A DNA stretch of 64,000 nt from a virus: positions 1 through 64,000 of the IMG/VR virus record IMGVR_UViG_3300003314_000001; one strand, written 5' to 3'. The notes under the pieces were generated by a model. It ran no database searches. It saw nothing but the letters and a program-made list of their open reading frames with translations, and was not told the origin of the DNA. Shown here in pieces: positions 40,936 to 50,049 of the stretch. Every line of letters starts with the position of its first letter. Within the stretch, counting starts at the first letter, position 1. The position numbers and the translations under genes are program-made.

Positions 40936-41026
40936 TCTTTTGTCTTAAAATGTGCCAGATTGCACTCATTAACACAGCGAACACCGACATTTCAAATACT
41001 ATAACAACTTGAGTTATTGTATCCAT
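40913..41026 (-). CDS. 37-aa TM mini-protein
   Basis: MDTITQVVIVFEMSVFAVLMSAIWHILRQKNETNPQN. Confidence 0.3.
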   Translation of the reverse strand: MDTITQVVIVFEMSVFAVLMSAIWHILRQKNETNPQN

Positions 41027-41093
41027 ACCTCCACTAAGTATCCGGGAATCGAACCCGGAACTAACAGCCAGTTACCTTAAGCTTCTTTAAATC

Positions 41094-41588
41094 TTACTTG
41101 ATTGTTGCCATCATGTGAATTTCGTTCTTGTAGATTGAATTGATGAACATCTTTTGACTGTTGCCACTTTCTGTTTTGTAGTTGAATTCCAGTTGTTCTT
41201 CACCGAATTTTTCACCTTCCATCATTCCCATTCCGGTTTCGCTCCGGTAATTCAAGTTCAAGTGGGTGTCGGTTCGTTCCCACTTCAGACTGTTCAGGAA
41301 GTTCAGGAAGTTAAAAGCTTCGTCGTAGGTCAGGAACCACTTCTTGATTTCCCGATGTTCCTTGTGGTCGTAGGATGCCGTAAAGCTCACGTCTTCTAGA
41401 ATCATTTCGATTACTTCTCCACTTCCAGATTCTCCTGTATGGTAGTAGATTCCAAGCTTCCTGTTCGGGAAATCCGGAATCAGGTGGATTGTTGGGTCGT
41501 AGTCGTCGCGCTTCTGGATTGCTTTCAGGAAGTCTTTCAGTTCGTCGTAGCTTTCTTGAACTTTCAGGTTCTTCTTGTCGATTGTCAT
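41094..41588 (-). CDS. Hypothetical protein
   Basis: 164-aa ORF, co-oriented and AT-rich. Confidence 0.55.
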   Translation of the reverse strand: MTIDKKNLKVQESYDELKDFLKAIQKRDDYDPTIHLIPDFPNRKLGIYYHTGESGSGEVIEMILEDVSFTASYDHKEHREIKKWFLTYDEAFNFLNFLNSLKWERTDTHLNLNYRSETGMGMMEGEKFGEEQLEFNYKTESGNSQKMFINSIYKNEIHMMATIK

Positions 41589-41589
41589 T

Positions 41590-41895
41590 TTATTTCGCTC
41601 CGTTATTGAATGCTTCGTCCAGACACTTCGGGTTGAAACATCCGTCTTCCGACAGGAAGCTAATACTACACGTCAGTTCTTCCAACGTCGGAATGCCGTC
41701 TACTTCTTGCACTACAAACTGTGCGATTCCAGCCTTCCGGTCGGAATCTTGGGAATGAATTCCAACCTCTTGAATTTCTGACGGAACCCGACCGACAGCT
41801 TCCAAATGGTTGTCGTCGTACTTCGCTACGAGGTTGTGGTAGTTGTCTGTCGTGACCTTCACTTCCGTTCCGGTAAGTTCGCTTTCTAGAATCAT
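41590..41895 (-). CDS. Hypothetical protein
   Basis: 101-aa ORF ending 2 nt before the next start. Confidence 0.55.
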   Translation of the reverse strand: MILESELTGTEVKVTTDNYHNLVAKYDDNHLEAVGRVPSEIQEVGIHSQDSDRKAGIAQFVVQEVDGIPTLEELTCSISFLSEDGCFNPKCLDEAFNNGAK

Positions 41896-41897
41896 TG

Positions 41898-42002
41898 TTA
41901 GTAGCCCTTCTCAAGCCGTCTCTTTTCGACTTGGCGTCCAAAGTAGTGTTCAATCGTTCGGTCGCTACGGTTCGTTTCGCTACGGGGCAGTGTTCCGTTC
42001 AT
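41898..42002 (-). CDS. 34-aa basic mini-protein
   Basis: MNGTLPRSETNRSDRTIEHYFGRQVEKRRLEKGY. First ORF downstream of a class-A promoter repeat. Confidence 0.3.
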   Translation of the reverse strand: MNGTLPRSETNRSDRTIEHYFGRQVEKRRLEKGY

Positions 42003-42022
42003 TTTTCTAAGCACTTCTGTCT

Positions 42023-42058
42023 CCGGATTTCATGGCCTATTTCATGTCCTCCCTCCGG
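42023..42058 (-). promoter_or_regulatory. Class-A promoter-like repeat
   Basis: Gene-sense CCGGAGGGAGGACATGAAATAGGCCATGAAATCCGG, about 21 nt before ATG 42002. Confidence 0.5.
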
Positions 42059-42104
42059 AAAGGTTGAATTTCACGCTACTTCAAAAGTCGGGAAGCGTTC
42101 CAGC

Positions 42105-43292
42105 TTAGAGTCCCTGAAGCATCTCGTCAACCACTTCGTCTTCGTCCACTTCGCTCTCGAATTCCTCTTCCAGTTCCGCTTCGTGGTTCTCCAGAACGTA
42201 GTCCAGAACCATTTCCTCGTTGTCTTCCGCGAGCAGTTCCAGAACGCGCTCCGGCTTCTTCTGGATTGCGAGCTTCGTGTACTTGGCGGCCTTCCCGACT
42301 TCTTCCGTGTCTTCCGTAGTGTCTTCAGTCATAGTTTCGTCTTCAGCTTCTTCTTGTTCGTCGTCCGATTCCTCTTCCGTCTCCGTTCGAGGGTCGCCGG
42401 ACTCTTGGAATAAGTCTTGACCCTTGTAGACCGTACTGCTTCCCGAATTAGTCACGTCCATCAGGAACTTCCGCTTTTCGTCGGCAAGACTTCCACGGGC
42501 TTCCGGAACTTCCGAGCAAATTGCCGCGGTCCGTTGCTTTTTGTTCAGTCCCTCAATGTCTACCGCCCGAATTTGGGACTTGATAGACTCACTGAATGCG
42601 TCCGAATCCTCTTGACCGAGGTTATCGTAGTTACCCCGACCGCTGGATTCTTCCGTTTCTTCCTCTTCCTCTTCTTCCTCTTCGTTGTTCTTGTAGACTG
42701 GAATGTCCTTCTGGCCGAACGTCTCCACCCATTCCACCGGAAGGTAGAAGTCTTCCCATTGCTTGTTAGTCCGTGACTCAATCGGCGACTTGCCGACTCG
42801 GACCATTTCCGGATTATCCATCCAGACGGCTTTCCGGACCGGGAAACTTGCCTTATAGTCCTCTATCGTCACATCGTCCGGATTGATTTCAGTTTCCTCT
42901 TCGACTTGCTTGTAGAATTCGTCCTTAGCGGCCTCTTTCGCTTTTTTAGCCGCATAGCGAGAGTACAGGAATGCCAGCGGACTTTCAGCTTTCTCCCAAC
43001 TTCCGCCCGGAGTCTCTTCTGATTGACCTATCGACTTGTTCGGGAAACGGTCGTCTGACTGACTGTAGACCGTACTCGTCGGTTTCACGTTACCCATCTT
43101 TTCGCCGTACTTGGCGTACATCAGAAGAGCGAAAGCGTACTTCTCACCACCTGAAAGCCGCGACTTGAATTCAGTGAATTCGTGGGTTTCGTCGTTTCTG
43201 TCTTCTCGTCGTAGCACACCTTTCGGAGTGTTCGGGGCCGCATTGTTTTCCGAGTCGCTACCGAAGCCTTCCGCGTTTAGGGATTCACTCAT
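42105..43292 (-). CDS. Hypothetical highly acidic protein
   Basis: 395-aa ORF with poly-Glu tracts. No firm motif. Confidence 0.6.
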   Translation of the reverse strand: MSESLNAEGFGSDSENNAAPNTPKGVLRREDRNDETHEFTEFKSRLSGGEKYAFALLMYAKYGEKMGNVKPTSTVYSQSDDRFPNKSIGQSEETPGGSWEKAESPLAFLYSRYAAKKAKEAAKDEFYKQVEEETEINPDDVTIEDYKASFPVRKAVWMDNPEMVRVGKSPIESRTNKQWEDFYLPVEWVETFGQKDIPVYKNNEEEEEEEEETEESSGRGNYDNLGQEDSDAFSESIKSQIRAVDIEGLNKKQRTAAICSEVPEARGSLADEKRKFLMDVTNSGSSTVYKGQDLFQESGDPRTETEEESDDEQEEAEDETMTEDTTEDTEEVGKAAKYTKLAIQKKPERVLELLAEDNEEMVLDYVLENHEAELEEEFESEVDEDEVVDEMLQGL

Positions 43293-43410
43293 TGTTTTAG
43301 GGTTGTCGCACTTCTATCAATTATCGTTCAATTCTTCACCAACTTCCGGAAGGTTTCCGGAAGAAAAGACCCTATCCAAGAATCGAACTTGGAAAATTCC
43401 AGTTAGGGTG

Positions 43411-43548
43411 TCACTCCAATCGGGAAAGCGGAATGTCTCCGCCGGGGTCCCATTCCGAAGCTTCGCCGTCTCCTGCCGCTTCTTCTTCCGGACTTGGTTC
43501 GCCGAACGTTACCTTTTCGCCGTCTTCGTCGCGGCCAACTTTAGCCAT
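43411..43548 (-). CDS. 45-aa acidic mini-protein
   Basis: MAKVGRDEDGEKVTFGEPSPEEEAAGDGEASEWDPGGDIPLSRLE. Starts 2 nt after the upstream stop. Confidence 0.35.
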   Translation of the reverse strand: MAKVGRDEDGEKVTFGEPSPEEEAAGDGEASEWDPGGDIPLSRLE

Positions 43549-43550
43549 TC

Positions 43551-43856
43551 TTACACTTCCTTACCATCGTATTCTTTAACCACTAAGTCCATTTGCATTT
43601 CAATTTCCTTGAAATGTTGTCGAATGTCCATTGTTTCCTCGCGGTTTTCTTTCGGATATTGGCCCCATTCCGCGGCTTTTCCAAGGGACTTTATCATGTC
43701 CGTAACTTCATTCCGACTCCAACTTTTGTCGATGTTGTCGAAATTCGGAATTGGGTTTTCAACTTCTTTCCCGTCAAACGCATTCCGAATCAATTCCTCT
43801 TCTCTATCAGTCAATTCCACAAACACTTCCGGTTCGACATGGATTTTTGAATCCAT
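43551..43856 (-). CDS. Hypothetical protein (first gene of the minus block)
   Basis: 101-aa ORF bordering the ORF-free spacer. Confidence 0.55.
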   Translation of the reverse strand: MDSKIHVEPEVFVELTDREEELIRNAFDGKEVENPIPNFDNIDKSWSRNEVTDMIKSLGKAAEWGQYPKENREETMDIRQHFKEIEMQMDLVVKEYDGKEV

Positions 43857-46800
43857 ATTGACAGGGAAGACGGGGAGCCTTCCAGACTTAACACGTCCGA
43901 CCGTAACCCCTTGAACTGTCTACAATTCTATGTCTATTCAACTTTCTGTTTTAGTATGACTTGTTTCGCTAACACGTCCGTATCGGCGATACGGAAATAT
44001 CCGTTTCCGACGCGAGACTTATGATTTTATCCCGCTATAGTCCTTACCGACGTAACATTATAAGTTTACAATGTTTTCAGGATGAATCCATACTCAATAA
44101 CTGTTTTCCCGCGAGCATGACCGGACTTTGTGCGACACTTTACAATCGCCGCCTATCCATTTGACACTACTAAGGACGAATTACGCTAATCGTTCGGAAT
44201 ATCGGACCGAAACAACCCTTTCGCGCATTCCTAACTCGGAATGACGGAATTGTTGACGGAATCACGGATTACTCACAGTAGTTACTTCTTGAACTACCAC
44301 CTAATTCCATTCCGGAATTTCTTCCGAAATTTCGACAAATCACGGTATAGCTCTTGGCTATCCTTAACCAGTTCTACCTTTTTGTATCCTCCAAACTTCT
44401 CGAATCATCATTAACCTACGCCTATACTAAGTCTCTCAAGGTCCCAACGTTGGCCGCATTGTCAGACGCCGTATTGGGAATATTTTCAGTAGTGGTTTGT
44501 GCTTACATTCAAGCCCCCAACACTCATGGTTTAGGACGGGAAGGTGTTACCCTTCCGGTCCGGAAACGTTCCGAACCATTTTGGTTTCGTCCGACGCTTT
44601 GGTGTATCGCGCCAATTAGGAGTGTTGTCGTACACACAACCTTGAAGACTGTTAGGTACTTGTTATAACGCTTTTTCTCGTACCGTTCCATCCTACTATT
44701 TCGCCGGTCCGTTCCTATATCCTATCCGGAAAACTGCTAACTGCTACAAGGCTAATCTCATTCCGACCGTATTATGGCAACTCGCTTCCGTCCAATACTT
44801 ACTGTTTCACTTCCAGCTTTCTCTTTAGGGCCATATTATCGGGCGCATTCCGAGGTTACTTTCAAATGTGTCAAATTCAGGAATTACGTGTTTCCTTGGG
44901 ACCTTACCGCGGGAATTCAGTGACCTAATTATGGTGTGTGAGTGACAATTCACTCAAATGAGGGTTACACTCATTTTCCCATATCAACCCGGTCCTACCA
45001 GAAGGACATTTCAATTCACCTACCATACTTGTGGAGGAGTATGCCAACCCCGGAACGGGGTTCTTGAGGTATCACCGTACTAAGGCGGGTTTTCGTCCGG
45101 TCCCAAAGGGCCACGGTCATTGGAATGAGTACCTCGCGTCAATCCCCCGCAACGCCGGGATATAGACCCAATTTGGTTAGGGGCTTACATTGTTCCGGTC
45201 GGGCGTTCCCTTCCGGCCACATTACTTCGTTTGTGCCTTTCCCACTTAAGGGTTTCGATTCCGTTTTCCGGAACAAACGTCCGGACCGGAATCACCGGCA
45301 TTGAAGCAAACCCCCGAGAATTGAAAATGTGGAATCTTCCGCTTTCCATCTCGTTCGCACCTTCTTGCCATTTCGAGACATAATAGGAGTTGCTTGAACG
45401 GACTTTGCCTTTAAGGCCGTTTCCGGTTCACTTCATCGCTTTGCCGGAAGATTCCGTTTCCAACTTCGGGGGCTTTCTAAGGGATTCCGCCCGAAGGGGG
45501 AATCCCGGAAGGCCACTTCGACCTTCACATTACTACAAATGCACGGGGTACATATAAGGCTTTCGTTTCGGAACGACAAGGGTTTGAAGGTCTATGTAAC
45601 CTTGTACGTGCGCGGGCGCGGCGCGGGCGCGTTGCGAGGGTCGCATAATTGTACGTGCGCACGTAAGGACCGCCCTATACCATAATCCGTGAATCTGTAT
45701 CGGCCAATCGGAAGTGTAAGCTGAACGCCCACTTTATTAATCATGAAGGATAGAATGTACAAGTTCTTGCATAAAACCATTGTACAAGTCTGGAAGCGCC
45801 GCCAGTAGCCCGTTCCGGACCGTTCCGGACCGTTTAGGGTGTATCTATATAGACCTATTTTCCATCAATGTACAAGTCTGTGGGACGGTGTACATTCCTG
45901 TACACTAATGTAATGTCAACCTTCTAAGGGTCGGATTTTGATAACTGACGATATTATTCCACCCTTCAAAATATTACAAAGGCGCGAGAGGGCTTGAGAC
46001 GTACATACTGCAATCGCTCATTTTCGCGCAAAGGGTGGGGGTTTGACGGGGTAGAACCGGGTTGCAGGGTTGTACATCTGTGTACAAAAATATACACTGG
46101 AATACGAGTCGGCGCACCTTCCCGACCGTTTTTGTTCATCTTGTAAGTGTCAGATGAATAGATTACTAGCAGATGGCTGATTCCAAGACTGTGATGGATA
46201 ACAATTGTGTTAAGTGTCTGTGTGAGAGACATTTAGACTAACCAACCTGTAATCCAAAACCACCAAACAAACAACCAACGTGTCGGTTTTCCGGCGTTCC
46301 GGGATTGTTTGGTAGGGTTACATGTCAATCGTTCCATTATGCTATCACTGACAGTAATTCCCGGAATATAGGGTAGGGTGGCCGACACCCCCACCAGTTA
46401 GAACAATAACCAGTCTATATATGTGACATATAGATAGTTACCTGCTCAGAAATATTTCGGTTTTGGCGAGTTCCGGGGGGTTCTTGTACATCTTCGTGTT
46501 CATTGGTCTGTGTTGGGACGTGAATGTGTGCATGAACGTGTATAATTCCACCTTTTTGGGTGAATTCCGGACTCAAACCCCTCTAAAAGTGCAATTTTCC
46601 AGTTTCCGGCCATTTTGTTTAAGTATATGGGTCTCGTAGGGTGTTTTGGACGGAACGGACTTGCTCAACCCATCTTATCCAAGTACGTCCAATCCCAATC
46701 GGTGACGGCGGACTCTTCTCGTCCCTCGTCTTCAGTAGAACACTCTCATTCCATCCCTTAACAGTCGGGAAGCGGCCAGCGGCGGCGCGGCGTCTTCCAG

Positions 46801-47100
46801 ATTGTTCCGGGGGTGCGCGCGAGAAGGTCATTCAGGCGACAGTATGCAAGATGATGTATATTTCTGGACTAACCGAAAGATATTTATGCAAGAACAAACG
46901 ATAAGGAACCCCTTTCACTTATAAAAGACTCCAGAATCGGAGGGGGGTATATATAGGGTGAACAATTACTAAGGGTAGAGGGAGTACCCACACCGGAACA
47001 CAGCAACAGTTTCAATCCGGACAATATTTTACCATATCGGGTACTCCAACCAATACACCCTTTCAGTACCATACAATCCTATGGGCGGCGGCTTCCCGAT

Positions 47101-47132
47101 TGAATGAGTACTCATTGAATGTGTACTCATTG
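47101..47132 (+). promoter_or_regulatory. Tandem 17-bp operator-like repeat with 14-bp palindrome
   Basis: TGAATGAGTACTCATTG and TGAATGTGTACTCATTG, back to back. AATGAGTACTCATT (47103-47116) is a perfect palindrome. Follows GCGGCTTCCCGATTG, upstream of the first late gene. Confidence 0.5.
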
Positions 47133-47174
47133 GGAAGGTACAGTAACAATAGTACGCTTTGTGAATCTATTATC

Positions 47175-47906
47175 ATGGCACAGCAAGAAGTAACAGGAAT
47201 CACCACGGAAGAAATCGCGGAACTTCGTGAAGAATTCCTTGAGAAGCCGGAAGGCGACTTATACGACCTCGAAGACCGCTACTGCCTTGTTAAGATTCCA
47301 CACCAACCGGAAGACTACGACGGTCCGGACCGCTACTGCCCACAGAGAGCTAGCGACAAAACCAACGACGTATGGCGTTGTCGCGCTCATAAAGGACGCG
47401 GAACTTCAAGTCCCGGCGAAGAACTACAACGCGGAAATCCAAAACATCACATGTACTCTACACCAGACTATCTCCTTGAACATCTAAGCGAGGAAGAGCA
47501 GGAAGTCTACGACGAAATTATGTCGTGGGCTGAAAAATACGGAATTGACAAGGAGGAAGACCCCGCAGTCTACGACGACCTCCAAATGCTCGCCGTGGAA
47601 CGAGTACGTTCAATAAAGACCGGAGAGTACATCTTGAAGGAAGGAGAGACCCGCGAGACGCCTATCTATGGAGAAGACGGCTTGGAAGGCTACGAAGACG
47701 ACACGAACGCCATTTCGGAAGAACACCGTCGTCTAATCGGACTCATACAGTCGCTCAAGAAAGACCTCGGCCTCACTCGGAAAGAACAAATGAAGGCCGA
47801 CGACCGGAACATAATGGCCGAGAGCGCCGACACAACCTCTGAAGCCATGAGCGAACTGGTTTCCGACGAAGACAAGAAGTTCAACGTAGACGAATACGAA
47901 CCGTAA
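47175..47906 (+). CDS. Putative small terminase subunit / DNA-binding protein
   Basis: ATG at 47175. First gene of the late operon, just downstream of the tandem palindromic operator-like repeat and two genes before the large terminase. Function inferred from position only. Confidence 0.4.
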   Translation: MAQQEVTGITTEEIAELREEFLEKPEGDLYDLEDRYCLVKIPHQPEDYDGPDRYCPQRASDKTNDVWRCRAHKGRGTSSPGEELQRGNPKHHMYSTPDYLLEHLSEEEQEVYDEIMSWAEKYGIDKEEDPAVYDDLQMLAVERVRSIKTGEYILKEGETRETPIYGEDGLEGYEDDTNAISEEHRRLIGLIQSLKKDLGLTRKEQMKADDRNIMAESADTTSEAMSELVSDEDKKFNVDEYEP

Positions 47907-47946
47907 TCAGTTTCGACACGCTTCCCGATTGCTTACGGATTTTACT

Positions 47947-48141
47947 ATGAATAGAGAGACCGCAGAGTCCTCAACGGCGGAAGCCGGAGAGGGAACGACT
48001 GAACCGGGTAAGATTAATCCGATTGCCGACATGGACGGACATACCGCCACCGACGCTGGTTTCGAGTTTACTGGTGGCGAATATGGTCCCGAAACATGGA
48101 TTACGTGTGATTTGGATGGACTCCTTACCTTGGAGATGTAG
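47947..48141 (+). CDS. Hypothetical small acidic protein
   Basis: ATG 18 nt downstream of the CTTCCCGAT motif, 64 aa. Confidence 0.45.
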   Translation: MNRETAESSTAEAGEGTTEPGKINPIADMDGHTATDAGFEFTGGEYGPETWITCDLDGLLTLEM

Positions 48142-48246
48142 CCAGAACGAACGCACGCGCCGCGTGAGCGATTCCTTTAGATTGTGAGGGTGATACCTCA
48201 TGTCGAAGTAAGAATCGTCTGACGGGCCGTACAGGAGGCTCAAGTA

Positions 48247-50046
48247 ATGTCAGATATAGACGATAAAATCATCCAGAAGTTCGCGGATGAACAAGGACTG
48301 GACCCTGATAAAGTCAGGAAGCGGTGGCACAACAGTCCGGCCACCATAGCCGAAGACATATTCCGGATTGAAGACGTTGACACCGGACAACTTCGTGACT
48401 TGACACTGTTCCGACCGATTCAGACGAAGGTGGTTGACGCCTACTTCTACTCTGATTCCGGAACAATTAACATGTATAAGGGTCGCCGTATCGGTTATTC
48501 CTTCATTGTTATCGTCTGCTTCCTTCTGGAAGCGATGATGATACCGAATTCGGTGTATCCGGTTGTGTCAACGAAGGAAGACCAAGCGAAAAACCGAATT
48601 TCTGACGTTAAAGACCTAATTAAGCACGCTAAAATCGACATTCCGACGAAAAAGACCAATAAAGGAGAAGTTATTCTCTGGAACGGGTCGAAATTCAAGG
48701 CTTACTCCGGAAGTCCGGACAGTTCCCGTGGGGACGACTCCGCCCGCGGCGTTCTACTGGACGAAATGGCTTTCCTTGAAGACCAACAGGAAGTTAGTCA
48801 AGCGTTCGGAGCGTTCCTTGCGCTTGGTAATGACCGGAAGATGTTCGAGGTTTCCACTCCGAAAGTATCCTCGGACATGTTCATGCGGAACCAGAAAGAA
48901 GGTTCCAAAACAGGATACGTCCAGCGGTGGCGTGATTCCAACGGAAATTGGCATAAGCAGGACGTTAAGCCGAACGAATACCATGTTGGAATGGAATCCG
49001 CTGGAACACTGTCGATTAAACAGCCAACGTTCCATAACGCGGACGAAATCGACATAAATACTCCACTTTACAATCAGGAACTTAAGCCGGTTCGTCCCGA
49101 CTTGAACATTGATAAGGTGGAAGACGAGCGTTCCAAAGACCCGAAAGGATTCGGACAAGAATATCTGTGTAGGCCTGTTGACGACACCTACGCATTCTTC
49201 GATGAAGATTCCATTAAACGGGCTATGGAGCGCGACCTTCCCGACCTCCGACGTTCTAACATGACAGTGATGGGTGTTGACATTGGAATTTCCAAAGACG
49301 ACACCGTTGCCGCAATCGTGGAACACCGGAAAGACATGAAGGCTATGAGAGAGTTGGAGATTCTTAACGATACCAACTTGAAGGAAGCCGCGGAAACCCA
49401 TAAGAGAAATGAACAATTGCATCCTCGACACGTCGCACATCAAGTTGCCAAGAATCCTGACCGGAGCAACCCCGAACAAATCGCTTACCGTGTCAGTCAA
49501 CTGGCGGAAAAATACGACGTGGACTATATCGTTATCGACCGGACCGGACCGGGCGAAGGTTTCCGTAGTCAAATTGAGTCGAACTTCGGACGCGGACTTA
49601 TAGGATTCAACTTCTCCGACAAAGACGAAGTGGAATCAATGATGGGCGACATGAACAACGCCCTTCGGAACGACCGAGTAGTTCTTCCGAATCACGACCG
49701 ACTCTTGGACGAAATGTCGGCCATTCAGAAGGAACAACGTGAAGACTACACGAAACCGAAATTCACTGGAAAGGATTACAGTGAGTCAGGAAAAGACGAC
49801 ACCGCAATGGCGGCGGTCTTGGCGAGTTTCCCGCCGAACCTTCGTAAGCAACCTTCTACCTCTATGGATTCAGTTCAGAGAGAAGGAAAGCGGGAAATAA
49901 ACGAAGACGAGAAGAAGAAGAAACCCACCGCTAAGGTGGACGTTGAAGACACTTTCGAGCCGGAAAGAAACTTCGGACAGACGAATACGAAGAATAGGCG
50001 CGGAAAAAAGCGTAAAAAGTACAAATCGAGATACGGACGGGGATAA
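48247..50046 (+). CDS. Terminase large subunit
   Basis: 599 aa immediately upstream of portal. Walker-B-like VLLDEMAF, nuclease-domain-like MGVDIGISKDDTV. Basic C-tail. Confidence 0.85.
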   Translation: MSDIDDKIIQKFADEQGLDPDKVRKRWHNSPATIAEDIFRIEDVDTGQLRDLTLFRPIQTKVVDAYFYSDSGTINMYKGRRIGYSFIVIVCFLLEAMMIPNSVYPVVSTKEDQAKNRISDVKDLIKHAKIDIPTKKTNKGEVILWNGSKFKAYSGSPDSSRGDDSARGVLLDEMAFLEDQQEVSQAFGAFLALGNDRKMFEVSTPKVSSDMFMRNQKEGSKTGYVQRWRDSNGNWHKQDVKPNEYHVGMESAGTLSIKQPTFHNADEIDINTPLYNQELKPVRPDLNIDKVEDERSKDPKGFGQEYLCRPVDDTYAFFDEDSIKRAMERDLPDLRRSNMTVMGVDIGISKDDTVAAIVEHRKDMKAMRELEILNDTNLKEAAETHKRNEQLHPRHVAHQVAKNPDRSNPEQIAYRVSQLAEKYDVDYIVIDRTGPGEGFRSQIESNFGRGLIGFNFSDKDEVESMMGDMNNALRNDRVVLPNHDRLLDEMSAIQKEQREDYTKPKFTGKDYSESGKDDTAMAAVLASFPPNLRKQPSTSMDSVQREGKREINEDEKKKKPTAKVDVEDTFEPERNFGQTNTKNRRGKKRKKYKSRYGRG

Positions 50047-50049
50047 AAC

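Noticed and set aside
40621-41004. 127-aa plus-strand ORF starting inside long repeat C
   Set aside because: The product is Leu/Phe/Arg/Ser-rich nonsense-like sequence. The opposite strand carries three coupled small ORFs with protein-like (zinc-ribbon, charged, TM) sequences.
41034-41100. The tRNA-like fragment as evidence for an integrated prophage boundary (attL/attR)
   Set aside because: No integrase, no direct repeat partner and no change to host-like genes are visible in the window. It is kept only as a low-interest observation.
44354-47072. Six ORFs of 60-104 aa in the spacer (44354..44668, 45592..45780, 45966..46232, 46619..46831, 46641..46904, 46884..47072)
   Set aside because: They sit in mixed strands and frames and overlap each other. 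They show no start-stop coupling, and their composition is non-acidic and Cys/Arg/Trp-rich. They also coincide with palindromes and iterons. Treated as non-coding.
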